A stretch of DNA of 64,000 nt from Asterias rubens (Eukaryota). Of this stretch, positions 50,585 to 62,700 are shown piece after piece (the first letter of the stretch is position 1; each line of letters starts with the position of its first letter). The DNA lies in assembly GCF_902459465.1 (NCBI RefSeq), contig NC_047079.1, positions 372,001 to 436,000 on the forward strand, given 5' to 3'. Made by a program: the position numbers and the translations under genes. The notes under the pieces are model-generated. The model saw only the letters and a program-made list of their open reading frames with translations. It did not search any database and was not told the origin of the DNA.

Positions 50585-50705
50585 ATGGCCAACGAAGAAA
50601 TGGTCACACAGAAACAGCGTAGTAAGCAGATTGACAGATATCTCAAGGATGAACGGAAAAAATACAAAGACTACGTCAAGAAAACCATGAGACTGCTCCT
50701 TGTCG
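50585..50705 (+). CDS. G-alpha exon 1
   Basis: [46 protein letters not shown] donor. Confidence 0.85.
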
Positions 50706-53700
50706 GTAAGTTTCGGTTTTCTAATAAATCGTACACTTTCAGAAACGAAGACTCGTTTCTCACAGCCTTGCTACCATGGGGCAGCGCACCGTATCGATAC
50801 ACCTCTCGTCACTAACCCCTGGGAGGGATGTACTGGGAAACAACGCTGATTGGCTCAGGAAATGGGAGACTTTCTGGGACGATAGAGGGCAGCAGACTTA
50901 CCGGGTAAATCCATTGTTCTCAGAATTATGCGCATGTTCAGAACTACGTAAACAATAGACCTTTTCGCAAATACTGGGGCGCGCGCGTAAAGCTTGGAAT
51001 TAGGTGCATTGTGGTCTAGCTGTATTCCAAATTTGATCCATATCTATCCCACAATGCACCTCATTCAAGAGTCTGCGCTTGCGCATTGGTATTTGCGATA
51101 AGGTCTATGGAAATTTACCCGGTATGTCTGCTGCCGCCTAGCGTTGGAAAGTCTCCTATTGGTTATGTGTTAGATGATGTCAAGTGCGTGCGCGCGTAGT
51201 TTTAAGATATTTGCGTGTTGATCACGCCCGCGTTTTTTTATGACACGATCACGTTTTTTTAAAACAAAAACAATTTTTTAAGACGAAAGACATACGTGCG
51301 AGCGTAGAAAAGATTGAATACGTACGCTTATTAATGGCTCATTTAAATGTGCTAGCATATAGCACATTTAAATTTGTAAATTCCAGGGGTTATGATCGAG
51401 CAAGGCATAGTGGGAAAATAGTCTGGTCACTGACCAAAGATTCCTTGACGTCTCTTGTTAAAAATCTTAGGTCAGGTATCACCCACGGTTAAAAATAGAG
51501 CATGACGCAACTTGTCAGGGTCGGGGGTCATCTCCAGGGAAACCATGTCTGCACTAGTTGCGATAACGTAACCCTCCTCCCGACGGCCGCAAGGCCGGAG
51601 GGTTACGAGATTATTTTGATCGGCAATTAATGACAATCTGGTTCAACACGTACAGTTTCGACAGCTATAGTCACCAGATTTGCCCCATTTTCACCACTTA
51701 CAAAAATCATGAAACTTAATCCTCAATCAATGTCTAATGAACACTCAAGTCAAAACACCTTTGAAAAAATATTCCAGATCCCAGAGCGATTTCCCAGTGT
51801 TATATATTTTGAACTTGTCGCATCGCTTTGCAAACGCTTTATTTGGGCACAACGCCTGCATTGGCAATAACTGGCATAAAAACTCCTGGATCTACGGCCG
51901 ACAGGACTGACATTACGAGTCCGCGTACCGAACATCAACGATACTGTCCGAATGTTGACGACAACACGTTCGGAACATTTCGGTCAACTTCGAAAGAGGA
52001 GGAAGTTCCTCCTTTTTGGTCACGTGAGTTTGGGTGATACCGGACCCTAAATTCGACAGAGCCTAGTCGGAGATTTTTGGGTCTGGGACCAGACTAAGTG
52101 GGAAAAATGACGCAGTAAGATCGATCACCCCTGGGAACGAGGTTGCGTTTCTCAGTATGTGTAAAGAGTTGACCACTCTGTCACTAAATGGTTAATTAAA
52201 AAGATGATTATATTTTTACAGAAATAGTTCCCTGTCCGATGAAAATGTAACGCTCTCTATAGTGAAAATGATATACGTTTGTGCTATTTATGAGACGTCA
52301 TCAGAATAGGTGAGTCTGACTGGTTTGGGAACCAAAATACAGACAGAGAAGAGTATTAGGACCACTATGGTAGACTGGAAATACATGTAGTTTGGGAACC
52401 GAATGGTAGCTTGGAAGAATGTATAGTCTGGGAACCAAATGGTAGACTGGAAGAATGTAAAGTCTAGGAACCAAATGGTAGACTGGAAGAATGTAGTCTG
52501 GGAACCAAATGGTAGACTGGAAGAATGTAAAGTATGGGAACCAAATGGTAGACTGGAAAATGTATAGTCTGGGAACCAAATAGTAGACTGGCAGAATGTA
52601 TAGTCTAGGAACCAAATGGTAGACTGGCAGAATGTATAGTCTAGGAACCAAATGGTAGACTGGAAGAATGTATAGTCTAGGAACCAAATGGTAGATTGGA
52701 AGAATGTAGTCTGGGAACCAAATGGTAGTCTGGAAGAATGTATAGTCTGGGAACCAAATGGTAGACTGAAAGAATGTGTCTGTGAACCAAATGGTAGACT
52801 GGAAGAATGTGTAGTCTGGGAACCAATGGTAGACTGGAAGAATGTATAGTCTGGGAACCAAATGGTAGACTGAAAGAATGTATAGTCTGTGAACCAAATG
52901 GTAGACTGGAAGAATGTGTAGTCTAGGAACCAAATGGTAGACTGGAAGAATGTATAGTCTGGGAACCAAATGGTAGACTGGAAGAATGTATAGTCTGTGA
53001 ACCAAATGGTAGACTGGAAGAATGTATAGTCTGGGAACCAAATGGTAGACTGGAAGAATGTATAGTCTGTGAACCAAATGGTAGACTGGAAGAATGTGTA
53101 GTCTAATGGTAGACTGGAAGAATGTAGTCTGGGTGGGAACAAATGGATGAAGTACAGGAAAGGGTATGCGAACCGTAGGGGTAAAATGAAATATTAAGTT
53201 GGTCTAGAAACTAAACGAGAAGAAGTGGCACGGCTTATATATTCTGATTTTATGAACATCTTTGGTTGCATTGTTGGAACAAGACCACAACTTGGCTGAT
53301 TTTGATGTTGGACGGGACGCCACATGATCAATTTATGTTTCTTTCACACACATTTCCAAACAAATAAGGAAAAATCAAAACCGCTGGAAAAAGGTTCATA
53401 TTTCTAATTAACCCTTAGTTTAAAATAATTGAGTTCCAATATCTTGAATTGATTAGCCACTGATGACAAATATCCTTTATATTTGCATTTAGGTGCTGGG
53501 GAATCCGGGAAAAGTACAATAGTCAAGCAGATGAAGATATTACACCAAGGGGGATATAGTGATGTGTGAGTACATGAGTTTTGTCACAAATTGTTACAAA
53601 GGATTCCCTTGTATATCTGCAACGACCTAAACATTTTCCAACTCAGTTCTACTGCATGGGTTTTGGTTTGAATTCCTCTCCACCTCCTCCGGGCGGCCTT

Positions 53701-56700
53701 TTACTTTCGTACTACACTACAGCGCAGAGGAAGAGTCAGAAGAGTCCAAAGAGTCACTATAGTGAGAACACCAAACCTATCAACTAGGTCTACCTGTCTC
53801 ATTTGCTACAAGATTTGTGTTTTGTTTGTCCTGACCCTACCTCCTCATTGAAGTATTGGACCGCATTTAAATCCCTCTCAAACGAAAAATTTACTAAACA
53901 CCATATAACTTTATTTACATATTGTGCAGAGAAAGAAAGGAGTTTGTTCACATTATTCGTGGTAATCTTCGCGATGCAATATTGGTACGTATATCATTTA
54001 CACCCTTTGATTTATGTCGGTCTTGCCACCGAAGTTCACCCAACTATAGCTTTCTTGATAGATGCTTTATCCAACATTCATAAAAACTGAGACAGTTTCG
54101 CTATTCTTATTGGTGAAGAGCGCGTCGCGTGGGCATGTATAACACTTTGATAATGACCAGTACAAAGTGTTGAAACATCATGGGCGTGAGACGCGAGCTT
54201 GCACCTGTGCTTATAAGACAGTTCATTCATTCCTATTTGTCGAGAGCAACGGTTGAAACAGTTGTGCCACATCACGCGATACGCGCGACGCGCACAGAAT
54301 CTCGTTATACGGAGTTGTTTGCCCGAGGGCCTTACCGTTTCATGGAGCTGGAGGGCTGTTGTGTTGAAAGAAATCATTGAACATTTATAATTGTTGCATT
54401 TATTTTACTTTTTGACCAAAAAAGTGTTGATGTTTTTTGACCGAAAATGTACTTATGAATGGGAATCAAATTGTGTTGAATCGGTTTTCAACTAGTGGTT
54501 TAAACCCGCCGAGGGCCTGGATCTTGATAATTTACCTCGACTTCGTCTCGGTATTATCAAGTCCAGGCCTCGGCGCGGGTTTAAACCACTAGTTGAAAAC
54601 CTCTTCACCACACATTGATTCCCTTAATAAAGTAACCACATGTTTTGTTATAATAAAAAAAAATACACAACAAGAACACCCGAGCAATATGCCTGTTATT
54701 TTGTTCACAGAACTCGGGAAAGATTGAGTATACAGTGCTAAGTAACACACATCAGTGTACATGGTTAAAACCAAAATGAAGATTCTTTATCCCCGATGCA
54801 AATTTAACATAAAATAAAAGAATGTTTTTTCCTAACTTTGCCGCAGACGATTACTGGAAGCATGCAAACATTACAACCAGCCATTGACTTAGCTGATGTC
54901 AGTTTACAACCTTGTCTTGACTACATGCTTGACAACGCATCATGTCCAGACTTTCAATACAACAAGGTAATAATACTCTTATTGTATACGTGCATCAATC
55001 CAAGTAAAATGTCTTCAATTTCCAAACTAATTGGCTCTGTATTCACTCCCTGTAGGAGTTTTACGACAAGGCTAAGTTATTATGGGAGGATGATGGTGTA
55101 CTTGAATGTTACACCAGAGCCAATGAATATCAACTGATTGACAGTGCAGAATAGTAAGTATATTTTGGCTGTATAGTCGCGCTTGTGTCCTGTGAATGTC
55201 TCATTTTCATTGGTGTACCAGAAGGGTGCGCCCCTGCTCAGAACCCTTGCAATCCCCTCTGCCACGATATGAGATCAATACATTAAATAAACCATCCAGA
55301 AACAAGGTCTTTGTTGATCATTTATATGCCATAGAAGACCGTGAGATGACGCTCCAAATTCTGCTTTCGAGTAGTTTAACCCGCACAGTACTTTAGTATA
55401 CAAATATTGACTGCTTCGAGTGCTATGGTTAAAACTATGACTCCCGAGGTGATCCCCGGGAGCGTTCTATTTTCCCGAGGGAGTCATAGTTTTAACCATT
55501 GCACGAGTAAAAGCAGTCAATATTTGTTTTATAACACCCCAAACATTTCTAAATACTGTACTATTATTATTAAGTTACAGACCTGAATGCTACAATCCAC
55601 GGACGACGCGAATACAGATTGCAAACACTTTTACTGTGCTGCATGTAGTGTCGTTTATGAATTGTCCATTAAACGAGGCAAAGTCTAATTAAATGAAACA
55701 TTCTATTATTTCAAGTTCCACATTTCAAATATTTAAACAAAATACACCACCCATTGAACTAATGCAAAATATTCATTAGGCTATTTGTTTTAACTAACAT
55801 CCTACTACATTTGTCATTTGATTGGAGGAAACAAATTGTGGAATCACCAAATTGAACAACGATGCTGATGAAGCTAATGTCAATTAAAATGCATTGTGGT
55901 CTAGGCCCTAAAGAAACCTGTAACAGTAGGCTTATGAGACAAACAACAACAATGATGTATGGTGGCCCTGAAGGGACATATCGCAATCTTTGCAAATATT
56001 GCGACATTGCAGATAATATTTGCGATGCAATGTTCCCTGAGGGCCACCATAGTGAAGAATACGCTACTAAAATGGAATTTCCTGAATGCCGTTTGATCTA
56101 GAATCTAATCATCCAATTAAATGAGCAGGATCTACTGGGATGGGTCTTTAATTCCGTTTATCTGTGTTTAAGTTCACGTTTGTTTATATTATTATCAAGT
56201 TTTCTAAGCAGAATTGATGAGATTCGGGAACCAGACTTCCTTCCTTCTAACCAGGTGAGACTGAGTCGGTTTCTATACATGCATTTATATATTGGTCCTT
56301 AGAATTCAACAATGAAGGCAAGGTCAATCTAGCCCTCGGCGGCCTTACACTTTCGTATTGTACTACAGTGACTGCATCTGTGTACGGAGGAAGAGTCCTA
56401 TATAGGGCTAGGTCAATCAAAGCCAACAACTGCCTTTGGTAATTACTGACTAAAAAATACACTGCAGGTAAATGCGAACAGATTTTTCTGTCAATGCACG
56501 ACATTTTTGTTTACAATTTTTCTTCTTTAATCACAAACATTAATAACCAAATATTCAATTTTCAATGTAAAACTTGGTTTGTTCTAAGTTACGGAAAAAA
56601 TTTAAACAAAGGCACATCAAAAAGTCTTGCTATAATGTAATGGTATTTTGTGAGGTTGGTTTCATTGTGTATAAGTATTTGACTTAAAATAAGAGGATTT

Positions 56701-59700
56701 GAATTGGGGTATTCTTCGGATAAATATTTATGTTTCAAACTCTAAAATATCCATTTGTCCTGCAGGACATTCTTAGGTCTCGAAAGATTACGACTGGCAT
56801 ACTGGAAACTTGTTTTGACGTTAAAAACATCAATTTTCAGTAAGTTGCCTTTCTTAATGTACATCCTTTGTATGCGTATAATGAACTGTATGAAGGACAC
56901 AAGACGACAGCGAAAAGACGGTCAGAGAGAGCTGTATGAAGGACACCAGACGACAGCGAGAAGACAGCCAGAGAGAGGAAATAAACTGACAAAAATAACA
57001 AAATAGTATTGTTTATTTCGTTTGCGATTGAACTATGTCCAAACAACAATGGTGCGTTGCATTTGTTTTCAGGATGTTGGATGTCGGTGGGCAGCGAGAT
57101 GAAAGGAAGAAATGGATTCAATGTTTTTCAGGTACGTGTAGAGAGCACATAGACAGACTGTTATAGTGTGTTGAAGTGTCACTGACAAAATATGCTTTAT
57201 TAGAATAGTTACATATTATTATTGGTATGCAGCCCGAGTACATTGGTATACAAATTTCAAGTTAAATGTAGTGTCACCGGTTTTTTTCTTTTTTTCGGCG
57301 CATTACGTATTTATGAGAAGAAAACAAATCCAGAAAAAAATTACAAAATTCACCCGTGGAGTTTTAACTGAATACTTTAATTACTTGTTGAGAAAATAGC
57401 AAAAAAAACCTGAACTGAATATGCACGAAGAACGTCGATGCCACCCTGGTTTATCTAGCTAACAGCGGGTACTCAACCACTCTCAGGGGCCTACTCATGG
57501 CAGCGTTCAATTCAAACGGAATACAAAGCCAATTTCCAAAGGTCACCTACTCACCTACAACTGGCGATGTTTAGAGGTTCCAATTAGTTAACATACTTCT
57601 ATTGACTTCTAATCAACGAGGGCACATCAGACGAAATGATTTCGCATTATGCTACTACCATGAGGCTTTGGATCAAATGTAAAACCAAACCATTTCTTTG
57701 TATTCTNNNNNNNNNNNNNNNNNNNNNNNNNNNNNNNNNNNNNNNNNNNNNNNNNNNNNNNNNNNNNNNNNNNNNNNNNNNNNNNNNNNNNNNNNNNNNN
57801 NNNNNNNNNNNNNNNNNNNNNNNNNNNNNNNNNNNNNTTTTGGGGGGGGGGGTGGGGGTTGAAATTGTGTCATTCCACTAGTTCATTGATTTAGTCAAGG
57901 ACTAGTGTTCATTTATATTAAACTCATTTTAACTGTGGAGATCAGCGACTTTGATAGTGATTCAGATGAAAATGTTTGTCTTCAATATTAGTATACTGGT
58001 ATAAGCATTATAATCGTCCAGCTTTCAAATTAAAATTTGCTAGTTGGGTAATCACCCATCTGTTTTATGTGATTGGGTTGCATTGATTGTTATGTGTTTG
58101 ATTGGTACTACGTAGATGTAACAGCACTCATCTTCGTAGTTGCATGCAGTAGTTTTGACCTGGTGTTACGTGAAGACCAGAACAAAAACAGATTACAGGA
58201 GTCGTTGGACCTTCATGAAAGATTATGGAAAAACAGGTAATGGTTTCTTTACGCCTTCATTGCAAATAAAGTTGACCTACCAACTTCTCGCTGAACGAGA
58301 GATGAAGTCCAGGAAAGACTTAAATGTAGGCACACCTACAACCTTTTCGTCCTTGCCATAGAGCTATATCTCTATGGTCGTTACACGTCTCTTTATTGCT
58401 TTATCGTCACATGAAAAAGGCTATCATACACACAGACCTGTGTAAAATTATACTCATTATTATTATAACTTGTGACCCGTCGAATAGTTATTGTCATCAA
58501 CATATTTTGGACTTATACCACCATTAGCTCTTCTCATCAGTTGGTGCCCTTTTTTCGCGTTTCTATTTGCGAATAAATTTATTTCTAGGTCGTGGACCCA
58601 AAACGATACTTTTCATAAAACTGTTTTTAAAATGTGATCGTTTCTGTCTAGATTTCTAAGGGGTACGTCTGTCATCATGTTTCTGAACAAACAAGACATT
58701 TTAGCAGAGAAGGTGTCGAGACGCCAGTCATCGTTAGTGGATTACTTCCCAGACTATGAATCCTACACACCACCGGGTAATAATCTATAATTCAATATTG
58801 GATTTACTCAATCATATACAAAATTTAATGATATGATGATTTTATTATTTATCAAGTAAATAGTTATATAATTAATAATTGTGAAATCGTTCGATCACCA
58901 AATTATAGTTATTTATTTAAAAACTTAACTCACTGTGAAATGTCGTCAAGGTCAACAGTTATTTCTTGTTCAGTGTAAGTCTTAAAAGAATCTTCTGAAA
59001 TGTTAAAATGTATTTTAATCTTGCATAGAAATAAACAAGTCCAATGGTGTTTCATATGATGATTTATCAATCATATTTGCAGCACTGTGGTTGCCGTATT
59101 CAACTAGTTAATTGTGTGCAATGTGACTAACATCGGGTGAGTCAAAATACCAAATCATTGGATGGGAGCTATTATTTTAAGAACAAGACACATATTGATC
59201 ATAAGAGTCAATTTCTTAGTAGGTCATGGATTTGTTTATAATAATGAAAGGATGGGGAGTATTGATAAAGGCGTTCAAGAGATATTGTTTCAATCGGGTC
59301 ACATAAAAACATATAGGTCCATATAAATTTGAAAACATGAGCTCGGAGATGCGTTAATCTTCAAGGAGTCCAGATAGATGGAAGAGCTGGACTTCAGTGG
59401 ATTTTATTTTACATAGTCCTAATAACATGGTCCAACAAAACCAAACGACTTTTTACAGGGCCAACACTAACTAAAAGGCTCTAACGAAACCAAACGACTC
59501 TTTTCAGGGCCAACACTAACTAAAAGGCTCTGTAAAAGCCAACGAAACCCAACGACTCTTTTCAGGGCCAACACTAACTAAAATGCTCTGTAAAGAGCCA
59601 ACGAAACCCAACGACTCTTTTCAGGGCCAACACTAACTAAAAGGCTCTGTAAAGAGCCAACGAAACCAAACGACTCTTTTCAGGGCCAACACTAACTAAA

Positions 59701-62700
59701 AGGCTCTGTAAAGAGCCAACGAAACCCAACGACTCTTTTCAGGGCCAACACTAACTAAAAGGCTCTGTAAAGAGCCAACGAAACCCAACGACTCTTTTCA
59801 GGGCCAACACTAACTAAAAGGCTCTGTAAAGAGCCAACGAAACCAAACGACTCTTTACAGGGCCAACACTAACTAAAAGGCTCTGTAAAGAGCCAACGAA
59901 ACCAAACGACTCTTTTCAGGGCCAACACTAACTAAAAGGCTTTGTAAAGAGCCAACGAAACCCAACGGCCCTTTACAGGGCCAACACTAACTAAAAGGCT
60001 CTGTAAAGAGCCAACGAAACCAACGACTCTTTTCAGGGCCAACACTAACTAAAAGGCTCTGTAAAGAGCCAACGAAACCCAACGGCCCTTTACAGGGCCA
60101 ACACTAACTAAAAGGCTCTGTAAAGAGCCAACGAAACCCAACGGCTCTTTACAGGGCCAACACTAACTAAAAGGCTCTGTAAAGAGCCAACGAAACCCAA
60201 CGGCTCTTTACAGGGCCAACACTAACTAAAAGGCTCTGTAAAGAGCCAACGAAACCCAACGACTCTTTTCAGGGCCAACACTAACTAAAAGGCTCTGTAA
60301 AGAGCCAACGAAACCCAACGGCTCTTTACAGGGCCAACACTAACTAAAAGGCTCTGTAAAGAGCCAACGAAACCCAACGACTCTTTTCAGGGCCAACACT
60401 AACTAAAAGGCTCTGTAAAGAGCCAACGAAACCCAACGACTCTTTTCAGGGCCAACACTAACTAAAAGGCTCTGTAAAGAGCCAACGAAACCCAACGACT
60501 CTTTTCAGGGCCAACACTAACTAAAAAGCTCTGTAAAGAGCCAACGAAACCCAACGACTCTTTTCAGGGCCAACACTAACTAAAAGGCTCTGTAAAGAGC
60601 CAACGAAACCCAACGACTCTTTTCAGGGCCAACACTAACTAAAAGGCTCTGTAAAGAGCCAACGAAACCCAACGACTCTTTTCAGGGCCAACACTAACTA
60701 AAAGGCTCTGTAAAGAGCCAACGAAACCAAACGACTCTTTACAGGGCCAACACTAACTAAAAGGCTCTGTAAAGAGCCAACAAAACCAAACGACTCTTTT
60801 CAGGGCCAACACTAACTAAAAGGCTCTGTAAAGAGCCAACGAAACCCAACGACTCTTTTCAGGGCCAACACTAACTAAAAGGCTCTGTAAAGAGCCAACG
60901 AAACCCAACGACTCTTTTCAGGGCCAACACTAACTAAAAGGCTCTGTAAAGAGCCAACGAAACCCAACGACTCTTTTCAGGGCCAACACTAACTAAAAGG
61001 CTTTGTAAAGAGCCAACGAAACCCAACGACTCTTTTCAGGGCCAACACTAACTAAAAGGCTCTGTAAAGAGCCAACGAAACCCAATGACTCTTTTCAGGG
61101 CCAACACTAACTAAAAGGCTCTGTAAAGAGCCAACGAAACCAAACGACTCTTTACAGGGCCAACACTAACTAAAAGGCTCTGTAAAGAGCCAACGAAACC
61201 AAACGACTCTTTTCAGGGCCAACACTAACTAAAAGGCTTTGTAAAGAGCCAACGAAACCCAACGGCCCTTTACAGGGCCAACACTAACTAAAAGGCTCTG
61301 TAAAGAGCCAACGAAACCCAACGACTCTTTTCAGGGCCAACACTAACTAAAAGGCTCTGTAAAGAGCCAACGAAACCCAACGGCCCTTTACAGGGCCAAC
61401 ACTAACTAAAAGGCTCTGTAAAGAGCCAACGAAACCCAACGGCTCTTTACAGGGCCAACACTAACTAAAAGGCTCTGTAAAGAACCAACGAAACCCAACG
61501 ACTCTTTTCAGGGCCAACACTAACTAAAAAGCTCTGTAAAGAGCCAACGAAACCCAACGACTCTTTTCAGGGCCAACACTAACTAAAAGGCTTTGTAAAG
61601 AGCCAACGAAACCCAACGACTCTTTTCAGGGCCAACACTAACTAAAAGGCTCTGTAAAGAGCCAACGAAACCCAACGACTCTTTTCAGGGCCAACACTAA
61701 CTAAAAGGCTCTGTAAAGAGCCAACGAAACCAAACGACTCTTTACAGGGCCAACACTAACTAAAAGGCTCTGTAAAGAGCCAACGAAACCCAACGGCCCT
61801 TTACAGGGCCAACACTAACTAAAAGGCTCTGTAAAGAGCCAACGAAACCCAACGACTCTTTTCAGGGCCAACACTAACTAAAAGGCTCTGTAAAGAGCCA
61901 ACGAAACCCAACGACTCTTTTCAGGGCCAACACTAACTAAAAGGCTCTGTAAAGAGCCAACGAAACCAAACGACTCTTTACAGGGCCAACACTAACTAAA
62001 AGGCTCTGTAAAGAGCCAACGAAACCAAACGACTCTTTTCAGGGCCAACACTAACTAAAAGGCTTTGTAAAGAGCCAACGAAACCCAACGGCCCTTTACA
62101 GGGCCAACACTAACTAAAAGGCTCTGTAAAGAGCCAACGAAACCCAACGACTCTATTCAGGGCCAACACTAACTAAAAGGCTCTGTAAAGAGCCAACGAA
62201 ACCCAACGGCCCTTTACAGGGCCAACACTAACTAAAAGGCTCTGTAAAGAGCCAACGAAACCCAACGGCCCTTTACAGGGCCAACACTAACTAAAAGGCT
62301 CTGTAAAGAGCCAACGAAACCCAACGACTCTTTTCAGGGCCAACACTAACTAAAAGGCTCTGTAAAGAGCCAACGAAACCCAACGGCTCTTTACAGGGCC
62401 AACACTAACTAAAAAGCTCTGTAAAGAGCCAACGAAACCCAACGGCCCTTTACAGGGCCAACACTAACTAAAAGGCTCTGTAAAGAGCCAACGAAACCCA
62501 ACGGCCCTTTACAGGCCCACTGAAAGACATTGTCACATGCCCTCCAATTGAAGTAAGCGTATCTCTGGAACGCCTTTATCAATCACCCCCATTCCTCTAA
62601 CATGGTGAATGTAAATCCTTGACCTACTTTGAAATGGACATTATTTGTTCAAGATTGTTCTTGTTTTTAAAATAATAGCTCCCATCCAATGATTGCGTTA

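Noticed and set aside
49963-50622. 219-aa, 172-aa and 159-aa ORFs with 9-aa repeats (VNRRSSANG etc.)
   Set aside because: Products of the 27-bp minisatellite, open in three frames, with non-ATG starts
50570-50705. Assignment as G-alpha-v because of the GLC N-terminal motif
   Set aside because: The core motifs ([19 protein letters not shown]) and exon sizes are Gs-type
52288-53142. 284-aa and 258-aa ORFs with 12-aa repeats
   Set aside because: Translations of the 36-bp minisatellite, antisense within a G-alpha intron
54078-54380. Overlapping ORFs on both strands in G-alpha intron 3
   Set aside because: No homology I can recognise; probably a repeat interior
57636-57881. ORFs spanning the N run
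   Set aside because: Artefact of the assembly gap; the flanking G-alpha exons join in phase, so no exon is evidently missing
59446-62516. CRISPR-like appearance of regular repeats
   Set aside because: No unique spacers, no cas genes, and a eukaryotic intron context
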